DNA of 64,000 bases, from contig JALMLS010000208.1 of NCBI GenBank assembly GCA_038496445.1, positions 1 to 64,000 of the forward strand, read 5' to 3'. The position numbers and the translations under genes are program-made. The stretch comes from Trichosphaerium sp. ATCC 40318. Its lineage: Eukaryota; Protista; Tubulinea. Each line of letters opens with the position of its first letter. Within the stretch, counting starts at the first letter, position 1. Below the pieces are notes generated by a model. The model did not search any database, was not told the DNA's origin, and was given only the letters and a program-made list of their open reading frames with translations. Below, one piece after another: positions 51,037-63,200 of the stretch.

Positions 51037-52168
51037 TTATCTAGTGATTCTTTCATCAGAGAAGAAAACGCCAGTGGATCTATTTCCAACTTCGAGTACA
51101 AAGTGCTTGTAGAGGTAGGTGTTGATGAGGTCACCTTTTTGGTTGGAATTGCGAGTTTCAATGATGTAATTGTCGGTTCTCGAACCTCCATTGGCTGAGC
51201 AATCGTGTGCAACAGAGTGGACGAAGATCTGAAATGTATTAGTTTTTTTGTAGAAGAGATAAAGTGAATAAAAGGATAACGTACACCAGTGTATGTGAGC
51301 ATTCTTGCTACATCGTGAGCTGCATGTTTGGAACTTAATTTATCCATGTAGATTTTACGAGCAAAGGGAACGTTACATCTAATTGGGAAGAGAGTCGCTT
51401 TGCCATTGATCATCAATTTGAGTTTGTTAATACCACTCGAGTTTGCCATGATTACATGATTTTTCTGTTCCAGTACATGAAGCGTGATTTCAAAGACTTT
51501 GACATTGCCGTTCCTGTTTTCGAAGTCTCTTGTATGTTCGACAAAAGGGATGTATTTGGTAGGCCAGGCGTTGGTAATAGTGGTAGTTAAGAATTTTTCA
51601 GGTAATTGAATTATCCAATTGCGATTAACAACACAGTTGTAGATGAATTTAAAAAAATTCCTTTGACAGGTGGTATCAGCCATGTCTTCGCAGGTTGGAA
51701 GGAAAACTTGGTGAATACGGCAAGGGTTTTTCGCGATCTTGAGGTGCGTTTGAATTTCTTTTGCTAAATCGATGGTTTGTGTTGCTGTGAGTTGGGTGTA
51801 GTCGGTTCCGTAAATGAGAAAGGTGCAGTTGTTCCATTCGAAGAAACAACCTTTAACTAAACTTCCAATTTGTGCCAGTCTTTCTTTTTCCATTGACGCT
51901 AATGCGAGCTCACAAGTAGCAGTTTTCCATCTGCATTACGTTCAAGTATGATGGATTGAGCTATAGTGGTTGCTGAGTTGAGTCTTTTCAGTACATCTTC
52001 TTGTTCTTTGGTCTTGAGGATGGCTGTTAAAGAGTTTCGGTAGGATTCTTTGAGGACAGGGTTTGTGATGAGTGCAAGTTCTGCTTCGGCTTGTTCTTTT
52101 GTTAAGTTTTCAAAGTATTGACGGTTGAGTTTCTTGTCTTGAAAGTAGGTGTTCTTTGGAGTGGCCAT
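51037..52168 (-). CDS. LINE-B ORF1p, spliced form (exons 52168..51285 and 51228..51037; 1-nt frameshift near 51925)
   Basis: MATPKNTYF start; splicing gives RKIYMDKL..HDVARMLTYTG/IFVHSVAHDC..TDNYIIETRNSNQKGDLINTYL..FFSDERITR*, an RRM-like pattern completed only by splicing. Confidence 0.7.
51229..51284 (-). other. Predicted spliceosomal intron (56 nt) in LINE-B ORF1
   Basis: GTACGT donor, ACTAAT branch motif, TTTCAG acceptor, phase 0. Confidence 0.8.
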
Positions 52169-53461
52169 GCTTGTTGCTTTGTGATGTTTTGCGAGGTATG
52201 AGCTTTTGTGGTGCAAATCCTTGATCTGTGAATGGGATTCTAAACGTTTACAGGAAAAACAGACGGGTTTTTGTGTTGTAAATTTCGTAATAATCACTGA
52301 ACAAGAATTAAATTTTACCTGGAATTCTGTGCTCCGTGTTATTGCGTTTTGATGTCCTTTATAACTGTTAGGTGTAAGGGGGTGTTGATCTGCAATGTTT
52401 TGCGAGAAATTTACTACCACCGGTTCGAGGAACGTGATTTCAACTTTATGCGCGCGCAAAAAACAGATACAAATTATTAGGAGAAAAATAACTTTGTTTT
52501 TATTTATTATTGAGATTGTCGTTGATACAATAAGGTTTAAAAACCATAACAGCCAGAGTAAAATATGTGAGTTTGAATTAAACTGCTCGTATTTTGTATC
52601 ACGACACGTAGCCTGAGCCGTGTGGCACCAGCTGGGCGACCATTTTGGTCTCTCTGCCCAACCACCGGTTTTGCCTTGAGGTGTATTCTGAGACCTCTCC
52701 TCAGCCATATTAGTTAGCTTGGCAGCCTTTTCAACTCTTTGCGAGCGAATTTTTTGCTTACGCGAGGACATCACTGTACTTGGCCCCGCGGACAACTTCT
52801 CGGCCAACGATTGCGTCTCCGTATAACCTGGTTTGTCAGTAGCCGCGAAACCAAGTCCCAATGTGATCCATTGCAACGTATTTTTGTTATACGAGCTCGT
52901 AGCGTTGTTATTAGGGGATACCACGGTAGGTGGGTAACTCCTCAACCCCCTCAAAATAACCCACAAACACAGAGTCTTACAAGGTCATAATAGTTGACCA
53001 TGTGACGTTACTATGGAACTCGCATAGTAGGCTAAACACGACTATTTGTAACTAGCGCTTTTGGTTTTTAGTTTGCGCCACATTTTTAGTTTAAAGTCAA
53101 TTTATGTAAGCGCAGGTAGCGTTAATGTGTTTTTATTTCGTTATTTATGTCACGTGAGTTTTAATATTTTAAATAGCGTGGCATCCTCTTCTGTACACTA
53201 ATTAACCTGAACTAATATTCATTCGTTAAGTTATACGGAAAGGTGAGTTGTCATCATCCCCCCTCAGTTTAATGAGTACTGTGTTTAATAACTCTGACTA
53301 TGGCTACAAAAATAAAAAATTATTGGCTGGCATAGATATAGATATCACACGTGATTTAAAATGGTTCAGTTTTCGCGATTACTGAGTTTCTCACGAAATG
53401 TCTAACTTTGTTATAACGCAGCGTACAAGTTCTAATAAACTAACTATCACGTGATTGTAAC

Positions 53462-56380
53462 ATGCTACTATGCGCATCTTTGTACTTTGTTTTACTAGCG
53501 CAAGAAGCGCTAGCACTCATGCTTTGCAGTTTCCTAACAAAACTGCAATCTGTTCGCAAGCTTGATTTTATCATGTGGCAATACAATAAGGAGTGCTCAC
53601 CAAGACAGTATTTACATAACCCTGTTGTAAGTTTTCTGGAAATGTCAGGAAACGCTAGTAAAACAAAGTTCGGGCTATGTTTACCCGGTGTGACCGCCTC
53701 GTAGGTAACTTATACTGTACATGTACATTATAATTGAACACGGTTCAGTAAAGCTATAGTAGAGAGTTGTAGGATGTTTGAAAAAGTACACAAGAGTTTT
53801 GACATTGGTTAAAAACTTTTCTACGGCGATTTCTTTTTGCAGTATTTTTCCGTTTTAGCAGTGTACCGGCACTATCCACGTTTTAGAAGACCACAAACTG
53901 CGATACCAAGATAAAGCTACCTTACAAGTGCGTGTGAATGCGCTTAAGCGAGGTTGTGTACTAGCGTTCCAAACATAAACTCTGTACACACGCAAGGAAC
54001 AACACAGATACAACTATGAAGCTGTTACTGGTGCTAGTCCTGCTTACAGCGCAAGTACGTTATTTTTACCCAGTAATCTTGGTACTAACTTGCTATGTAA
54101 GGTATTGTCACAAAATCCTCGAATAACAGGAAGTCGCAAGCGATTTGAACCTGTAGTGGTATGTTTTACCTCAGTTTTTAATCTTTGTTTCCACCTTTTT
54201 CTGATACCTGAAGTCACGTGCCTTTTCACTCCCTTTACTTCAGCATCAATAACGCTTCAATAGATAACATACACTGGACCATCACGAAGTGAGAGTTCTG
54301 CTGCTACATTTACAAACTATAGACTGAACTGCGCTTTCAAGAGAGGTCGCCTTACGTGGAACATTGCTGGTTTCTTTGCTGCCGATGGTAATGCTGCTCA
54401 AACTTCAGCCACATCTGGTAATAAATGGCGTTGTATCTTCACTCCACCTTTTACTGGTACGTTCACAGCCTTTGTTATCTCTCCAGTTAACTTTGACAAC
54501 AGGAACATACACTGTTATCGCTTCTTTCCGCACAGGTAATGATGTCGCAATGTCTACCAGCTCGACCGCTGGTACAGCTACTTCTTTCAATGGTAACCAA
54601 CGAACGTTTTCTATCACTGGCGTTGGTAGTGACAAGAGGCATGTGATTTCTATTTTTTCTTCATATTTTCTTTGATTCACAACAAAAACTGAACTATCAT
54701 TTAGGAACAATGGTATCTTGGAGTATGTTGGCGAACATTACATGCAATATTCAAGGACAAAGAAATACTTCATAAAGGGTGGTGCTGACTCACCGGAAAA
54801 CTTCTTGGGTACAGTTTTTTTGTGCTAAATAATCTCAATCCTATGCTAATTATCGAATAGGATATTACGAGTTTGATAACACACCACAAGCTAAACATAG
54901 ATACCAACCTCATCGCAATGACTGGAAGAATGGTGATCCAACATGGAAGAACGGCAAGGGTAAAAACATAATAGGTATGCGCACGCTACAACAGTTCTTA
55001 TTATTAACGTCCTCTGAAGGTGCTTTGAACTACCTTGCAAACAAAGGCATGAACTCCATATACTTCCTGACAATGAACGCTCCACTTGGAGATGGTATGT
55101 ATAATTTTTGGTTTGTAGATCTGTTCACTAAAGAGTTACAGGCAAGGACGTCTATCCTTGGACTTCGCCAAACGCTAGAACTAAGTATGATGTTAGTAAA
55201 CTTGCTCAGTGGGATATCGTCATGACTCACATGGACAGAAAAGGTACATCCACTGATATTTATTATAAGATCGTTAATGGTTCTAAAAGGTCTGATGCTT
55301 CATATTGTGACTCAAGAGACTGAGAACGATCAACAACTCGACAATGGTAATCTTGGTAGAATTAGAAAACTCTACTATCGTGAAATGGTTGCTCGGTTTG
55401 GATATCACACTGCGATCACTTGGAATATCGGAGAGGAGAATACTAATACTGACAGTCAAAGAAAAGCGTTCATCGATTACATTGATAGATTAGACGCTTA
55501 TAAGCACCTGATTGTTTGTCACACATATCCAAACGACCAGGTATGCTTCTTACAACAGTGTTAGCTCTTTCTAACTGGTTCGTTTAGGAGAAAGTTTATG
55601 GACCTCTTGTTGGAAAAAGGAATTTCTTGGGAGTTTCTATTCAGAAACAACCAAATCAAGTCGCATCAGAAACAAAAAAATGGTGGACAAGATCTGTACG
55701 ATTTAGTCAACACAAGCAGCCATGCACCGAGATATAACTCTTTATTTTAGGAGAACAATGGTCATAAATGGGTTGTTACATCTGATGAAATAGGTCCTGC
55801 TAGTGAAGGCGTTCGTCCTGATCCTCCAAATGGTAACCACGTGACTGTCCGCACTCGTGTTCTTTGGGGAAATCTCTTGCAAGGTATACGAACAAACTGA
55901 AAGTGTGGGAAATACTGACTTGTTGTTAAGGTGGTGCTGGCGTTGAATATTATTTCGGATACCAACAACCTCATAACGATCTTAACTTGGAAGACTTCCG
56001 CTCACGTAACTCTGTGTGGGGTTGGACAAAGCATGCTTTGGATTTTATGGCAAGGTATACGCTCTGTTATAACCATACTTAAACTAACAATCTATCTTTC
56101 TGTAAGGCTTCCATTCGTAAGTATGCGACCAGGTAACAATGTTGGAAACGGGTATTGCTTCGAGCATAACAGATTCTTTGTTGTGTCATTGCCTACCGGT
56201 GGAACATTGAACTTGAGCAGTAAGATAGGTAGTGGCACATGGCAAGTCCAATTCTTCAACCCAAGAAACGGAGTATACAACAGCTACCAGAGAATTAACA
56301 ACAAGAGAATTACTGCTCCAAATAACCAAGATTGGATCGCTATTGTTAAACCAACGTCATACACTATTCCTAGAAACTAA
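53462..56380 (+). CDS. Secreted DUF5060-like bacterial-type putative glycoside hydrolase, copy 2 (apparently intact, many introns)
   Basis: Signal-like MLLCASLYFVLLAQEALA; GFFAADGNAA, KWRCIFTP, KGGADSPENFLGY, YLANKGMNSIYFLTMN, YDVSKLAQWDIV, QETEND, WNIGEEN, SDEIG, WGNLLQGGAGVEYY, FNPRNG, DWIAIV, which I recall from bacterial DUF5060 proteins. Confidence 0.72.
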
Positions 56381-57408
56381 CTCAAAACAAGTCAACTCAA
56401 TCAATAAACTTCTTTTTGCACTATTGTTATGTTCACAAATGTTGTTCTTGTCTCGTATACCCACAAGTTTCAGTTTATTTCATTGTGCTTATTGACTCGT
56501 ATTGGTTAGATGTGCTCGACCTTTCTGTATTGAGGTTTAACTAAAACCTTTCCTTTAGGAGCAATATTCACATGTCCCACTTGGCGTATTCATTAATATT
56601 CATTAGTGTGTGTTCAGAGAACTACTACTAATGCTCGGATTTTTAATAACAATATCGACATTTAACAGTGGTGTCGACCCATCAAGGTCTTGGAATATAA
56701 AGGTAATCGGTAAAAGTCTAACCTGTACCCGCGGTTTGAAGTGCGGTATCATCTTTTTCACACGCCAGCATGCGGTACAACATCGACGAACTTTGTACCA
56801 AAAAAAACTCAACTACGGCCTTTGAGACTGCTCAGGAACGATAGATACAGTGTTTTTATTGTGTTTGATACATGTTTTCCTTTTTTACAGATACAAAGTT
56901 TCGTTGACACTTGACGCGTAATGTGCTAGCCTTATTTTGTTCTGCGATTGCGTAAAACTGAGTTTAAAATTGGGTTGTATTCCGGAGCCTGTATAAAAAT
57001 GATCCTATACCACCTGTCCTATCTAAACCTAAATCTTCAAATACAAATTTAAAAAAAAGACTATTCAACAGGTACTGCGTTAAATCACGTGGATTATGCT
57101 TTTGTGTAGTCTACTTTCGGCAAACCTTGAAACCCGCTCAAGGTTTACCTAGACAACTCAAGGGCACTGCGCTCGCATGGGCTTCGTAGATTGGTAACTA
57201 CAAATAAAAAATCACGGAAACTAGCTCGCTTGCGCTTCGCTAGACTTTTTCAAGCGCTCTGGTACGCTATCACGCATACACCCCCTATCTACTCATAAAA
57301 GTTGTAAATAACAATAAACAAGAGATAACTAATCACGTGGCTAACCTAAAAAGTGTACAGTACCGTATCCTAAAAAGAGTACAGTACTAGACTATAAAAA
57401 CTCTTGTA

Positions 57409-58443
57409 AAGAGATGTTGTGATTATCCAGATATCTAGATATCTACACTTTTTTTTTTTTTTTCTCAAAGTAACTAAAAAAATAGCTAGATAACTAGATA
57501 TTGTATGTTTCATTCAAGTTTTACTTATATTTTCTAGAAAGCGAGTTTTTAGCACTTTTAGCAGATCTAGCAAGATCTGACACTTCTGTCAAATGGTGTA
57601 GATCTATCACAATGTGAACTATTTGTGTTACAATGTTGTCCTTCATTGTATGACTTAGGTACCTTACGGTAAGTGATAGCAAAATTTTCAATGTAAGTTT
57701 CAACAGACCATGGAAGATGATCGCAGTATTTTACCTACGCCAACTGTACACGGTACGATCAAACCACAGTTCAATGCGCTAAAAGCGAATTAAAAAGGTA
57801 TGATGTCCTACAAAGCTATCGCATTACCGCCAAACACGGTATGAATGCCTCAAACACTGTTTGCTGTATGTTTTGCTTCAAAAAATCAACGTACGTGTAT
57901 AACTTACTAGCGCTACGCTAGCGCCTACCCCACGCTAACAGAAGCGCTATGATAGCATCCAAGCAGCAATGAAGGTGTAACAACGTCAAAACCGCCCCAA
58001 AACACCACTAGCGTTGCTGTAGGCTTTGTAAACGCCTCTAGGCGTCAAATATGTAAATAAAAAAGTTTGCTCTGGGGTTTGTTAAATCACGTGGGTTTGA
58101 AACGGTTGGATTCACTGGACAGGCGTGAGGGTAGATCACATTTAAAAAAATGACAATTTGCAAGATCTGTCAGAAGTGTCAAATCCGTCAGATCTGACAG
58201 ATCGGGCAGAAACTGGAATTTTTTTGCTAAAAGTCAGTCTGTCTCAAAACTTGAATGATACAGACAATAATCAACATCTCTTAACTTTCTCTGTAACTTT
58301 CTCGTAAATCCCAAATTAATGCGAAAACGCAAGTTAAGTAGGGGTCAATAAAAACTAGATATATTTCAGGGTATCGTAGAGCATACCATTTTAAGACATA
58401 CTAAAAACCAGATCTAGATATCTAGATAATCACAACATCTCTT
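57409..58443. repeat. Repeat-mosaic segment bounded by 32-bp inverted repeats (possible MITE)
   Basis: 57409-57440 versus 58412-58443 (1 mismatch); holds modules shared with 27120-27455 and 59570-59680; local duplication 58267-58339 / 58427-58488. Confidence 0.55.
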
Positions 58444-58521
58444 AACTTTCTCGTAAATCCCAAGTTAATGCGAAAACGCAAGTTAAGTCAATCACAAACA
58501 CATTCAAACAACACCAACTTC

Positions 58522-59325
58522 ATGACAACAACAGGACTTTGTATTATCGCAACCGTACTAGTATGCCTCTTGGCCGTGTGCCAAGGGCAATGTGGGAACA
58601 TTAAGGCTCCAGATGGCTCAGAATATGATTTATCAAAACTCCAAAGTACCGTATTAACAGGATTGGGCAGGCTACGCTGTAACTTTTGCAAAGTACGACG
58701 ACTTTTTCATGTTTCTTTCAGCTCTTTTTTCCTAAATAGTGTACGTAGGAAGGTTTCTATCAATATAAAGTATCCATATGCTCTAATACTGCAAGCGTTT
58801 GTGGTTTAGTACGTACAATGTTTGATACGCCATCAGCACGTGATACGCTTTTTTTCTTACAATATTTTTGTAAGGATACCGGAAAGGATTCGTGGGGAGT
58901 TTGTCAAGCATGGGATGATTACACCAATCCAAGAGGGCAGGTACACTATCATTCCTTTATATTTCCTAGTACAAGAAAATGTTACATTCTAACCCGCTTC
59001 AAGGCTTGTTTAGGCAAATTTACTGGAGTGCAAGGACTCATTGGTGGTTCAGGTGTTTTTATTTACTACAGCAAAGGAGATACTGGGAAGTACACAGCAG
59101 TTACCGTAGCATGTAACAAGGGTGCTAGTAAGTTTAGTTACTACTTTTTTCTGTTTGCGCTAATTGTCTTCATCTAGCAACTCCTTCGATGGCTATAGAT
59201 GATACTAATGGCTTTCATGGTACTTTTGTTAGTATTCAATCTGAACATGCATGTCCAATAGCTTCCTCAGGTAAGTCGTAATTCATTGACACAGTTTAAC
59301 CTTTTCCGTAGTAAACTCGCTTTAG
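58522..59325 (+). CDS. Small secreted mannose-6-phosphate receptor homology (MRH)-like protein
   Basis: Signal peptide; DGSEYDLSKL, YKVSIC, GVCQ, CLG, IYYSKGD, VTVAC, SEHACP pattern; several introns. Confidence 0.7.
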
Positions 59326-59569
59326 ACATGGCTGTACTTGTCTCAATTAAAGTCACTAATAAACTTCCAATCATCTCTTCAGTTTCTTTGTTTGTAATTT
59401 GAGATTAGTTCACTTGCTTGTAAAATACCCTTAGTTTGTTCTCACGTAAAACAACAGCTGTACAGTGTTTGAGTATTATGCGTTGCTTTTTGCCAGCGAA
59501 ACTTCTCCATTCTCCTTTGGCTACTGGGTGCCTTCTGTGGCTTGAATGTACAGTGTACAGTGCCTAGGT

Positions 59570-59680
59570 CACTTTTAGCAGATCTAGCAAGAATGACACT
59601 TCTGTCAAATGGTGTATATCTGTCACAATGAACTATTTGCGTGTCAACGCTGTCCTTCATAGTATGACTAAAGTACCTTT
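59570..59680 (+). repeat. Direct repeat of ~57552-57663
   Basis: CACTTTTAGCAGATCTAGCAAGA..TGACACTTCTGTCAAATGGTGTA... present at both sites. Confidence 0.8.
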
Positions 59681-60245
59681 AGTGAAAAAATGTTTTGATT
59701 GTTGTTTTAAACTAAGAAACGTTAAGGAATGAGTATACCTGCTCTCTTGGATGAGTGTAATCGCTCCATGCTTCTTGATCTGGTTCTGTTCTGAACGTTC
59801 TCCGTGGTATTTTGGTTACGTGTTTACGACTAGGTAAATATGAGCTTTATCAGTATTACTTTGGTCCTAAACAAATCAACAAAGACCTCATCATGCATAA
59901 TTATAAATACGTATTCCTTTGATAATAGATTGTACCTAATTTTTAGAAGTCAGCATAGAAGGCAGGTTCGTCTTCCTGTATTTATCTCTCTCGTCCTGCC
60001 AATTGCTTAAGCCGGAACAGTTTACTCGATCAATTTAGGTTATAGCACAGTTTCAAAACTTAGATTTGTGGCGAGCCCAAAATAACACTTTTATCGATTT
60101 CTGGAATTTTTTTTATGCGCTTGACTTTATTTGACAACGAAACGAGCGCACGCGGTTATTTTTATCAGATACACAGTATGTCTTCCAGATGAACAAGGGT
60201 AGATAGACATCAATATTACGTGATCTAGTACAAGTAGGAAATAAC

Positions 60246-63200
60246 ATGGCGAACGACTTACCGCACCTTGAAAACTATACTTTGACGCGACTTTTGGGTT
60301 CAGGCGAGTTTGGTAGAGTGTATGAAGGCAAAAATAAATCAGATGGTTCTCCTGTGGCTGTAAAACGTATTACAGGAACCGACGTTGAAGGTAACGCTTC
60401 ACCAGTTCCTATTTGTTTGAGGAACCAAAGTTTTTTGAAAATTACATTGAAATAAGCCCTTTTGGAGCTACACGTGCTTTGTCTACTATTGCTAACTTAC
60501 CTCTTTAAAAGATTTGACAGCGAAGATGGCTGAAGCTAATTTACAGAGTAAATTCACACATACGAATATTGTCAAGTTTCATGATGCGTTTATCTATCCT
60601 CCAACTGATCCTCACTTGTACGATTTTTATGGAAAAAAAAAAACAAACAAAAACAAAAAACTAAAGCTCCACTCGTCCTGAATCAAACGCTCTGCGCTCT
60701 GTAGCACGTAAAGAACACCCCATTGCTTAAATTCACCTTTTACACGCGCATGTTTTGTTGGTGTCTAAATGTTTCTTACTCATTTTCTTTAAGATGGATA
60801 ATAATGGAGCTTTGTGGCAAAAACTTGAGGGATTATATACACCAAATGGATTCACACTTAGGTATACAAGTATTCCTGCAAATACTTGACGCCCTTTGTA
60901 CAATCCATGCGGCTGGTGTCATTCATCGAGACCTAAAACCAGAAAATATATTTGTAGTAGAAAAAGGGAAAACGCTTCAGATAAAGATAGGTGATTTTGG
61001 CACGTGGATATCACGTGATTAGTTTCTTCTTACCTTTGTATTTTACTAGGGCTATCTAAGCAAGTAAATAAATCAATGGCAAAGACACAAGTGGGTACAC
61101 CGCTCTATATGGCTCCAGAAGTACGTAGTGCGAAACTTTTTTTAGACGCTTAACCCTTTGGTTGTAGCAAAATCTCCCATCCAAGACATATGATGATCGA
61201 GTAGATATATGGAGTCTTGGTGTTATACTAATTCAACTCCTTATTCAGATAAAAATAGGAGAGTTAGCTCCAGCATTAATTGCAGGTCGCAGGAATCCAC
61301 AAGTTCTGGTAAGAACAAAAGGTTGTTCGTACTTTTACTTACTTTATTTCTTTATATAGGTTTCGATGGTATCTCGTGTCATAACGGATAAAGGTCTTCT
61401 AGATGTAATGGGTATAATGATATGTGATGTAAGTCAACGTCAAACGTCTCAACAACTGTGGGACCATTATATTGTCAAAATGTGGCGAGAGGCTTTAGAA
61501 GGAAGCGACTTTAAACATGTAAGCGGCATCTTTTTTTTTCTACCCAGTGGTGGCTGATGTTCTCGCTTTATAGATAACAAAGCCTTCTAAAGAAAAGCTT
61601 GTTGCTGCAAATTCTGTTATTGCATTACTTGATTTAGAACCCCGTAAATCTGTAATTAGACGTCTTAGGGCATTTCTCAACTCAACAACTGATGTGCGTG
61701 GGCTAAAAAAACACTCCATTCCTGTTGGAAACGTTCCAGAAATTCAACTTTGTTCTCTAACACCGCTTAGGCAATAAAAGAAGCTTCAGCAAGAGAGTGT
61801 ATTGATACTGACACCTTCAATCCGCTATTAACCGCATTACGAGCAGAACTTAAACGTAAAGATGAAGAGGGTGTTTCACTTGTTATGTCTTGTATTAGAC
61901 TAATAACGAATTTTGCTGTTAAGACTCCAGAAGATTGTGTTAAAGTCTATAAATGCGGTCCGCTATCAGAAACCCTATGCGATAGAATAGTATTAACGTA
62001 CGCCAAGAATCCTTTCTGAATCTTAAAGAGCAAGGACAAGACGGCAACAAATAATCTTTGTTATGATTCTATTTTTCTTAGTTTTTTCTTACATTAATCC
62101 TCTTTAGTTTTTCAACACCAGAGCTTCATAAACTGCTTTATCAGACTTTAACTGACTTGTGCACATATAATTTTGATTTAAGAGAGAGCTTGACTCTATC
62201 ATCTTCTTTCATCCGATTCATCATTACAAAACTTGACAATGTTGATGTTAGTGTTTTGTTTTATACTATTTTAAGTCATTTCAAACCAAGTGGTATTCGT
62301 CAGTTTGTGGGCCAAGTACGCTACTAACGCTATTTTAATTATGGTCTTTCATTTATTAGTTGTTTGTAGTCGTCTGCAATGGTTGGTATTCAGGTTTTTG
62401 CTGATTTAGAACCAAGGTACACAACTGTAGTGTTAGGCTACTTTAAGAATTTTTCTTCGTCATCCAAATATGGCCTCTCACTTTGTTTCATAACCAAACA
62501 GAGTAGTTTATGTTTTTTGCTCTACAATTACAGTTCTAATAAAATTAATAACATGCCTTTATTTATTAACAGTTTCGGTTAGGGCTAGAGAAGGAATGCT
62601 TGAATGTGTCATCAAATGGATAAATATACGACTGGAGACAAACTTAAGAAAGAATAATGTTAAAAAACTGGCTACACCTAAGCTTGAGATGTTTACAAAC
62701 GTAATTTACAACTACCTAATTGATCACTATGCAATGGAACAAGTGAGTGCTAAAATTCTTTTTGGAATTCAACTTTTATTCAAACAGTTTTCAATCAAGT
62801 TTGTCATCTATCTCCAAAGTTTATGGTTTAACGAAAGCAGATAGCGCTATGTTTGAATCTTTAACTAAGAAACTAAAACGTTTAAATTTCTTACCTAGTG
62901 ATCACATGTCACTGACTGATCCTTAACTAGGTTTCGTCATATCTTGGTTTGTGTACCAGACTTTGTACTGGAAAAGTATCACATGCAAGAGAGACAACGT
63001 TTAAGGTTAAGGATAATGATAAGGATGATAAGTATACCATCTTATGTCTTCCTTGTATGAGGCAATACATTGATAAAACAAAGAAGAAAAGTAACTGCAT
63101 ATCATACAATTACGCAAGTTCATCTCATTGTGGTTGTCCTGAGGCAGAAGATATCTTTACCCCACAAGTAAACACGATTGATAAGCCTATTTCTTTGGAA

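Larger units (their letters stand above)
43352..53262 (-). mobile_element. Non-LTR retrotransposon LINE-B, full length but inactivated
   Basis: TSD CTCAGTTTAATG(A) at 43340-43351 and 53263-53274; 5' end GGGGGATG; APE (SWNIRG, LQE, RIDY, SDH), RT (NYRPIAL, KAYDSV, GVKQGD, YADD), RNase H (TDGS, AELEA, DS, WIPSH); ~7.85 kb once the two MITEs are removed. Confidence 0.95.

Noticed and set aside
52860-53262. Self-cleaving (HDV or hammerhead) ribozyme at the LINE-B 5' end
   Set aside because: Several hairpins are visible but I could not place a catalytic core; needs an Infernal/RNArobo search.
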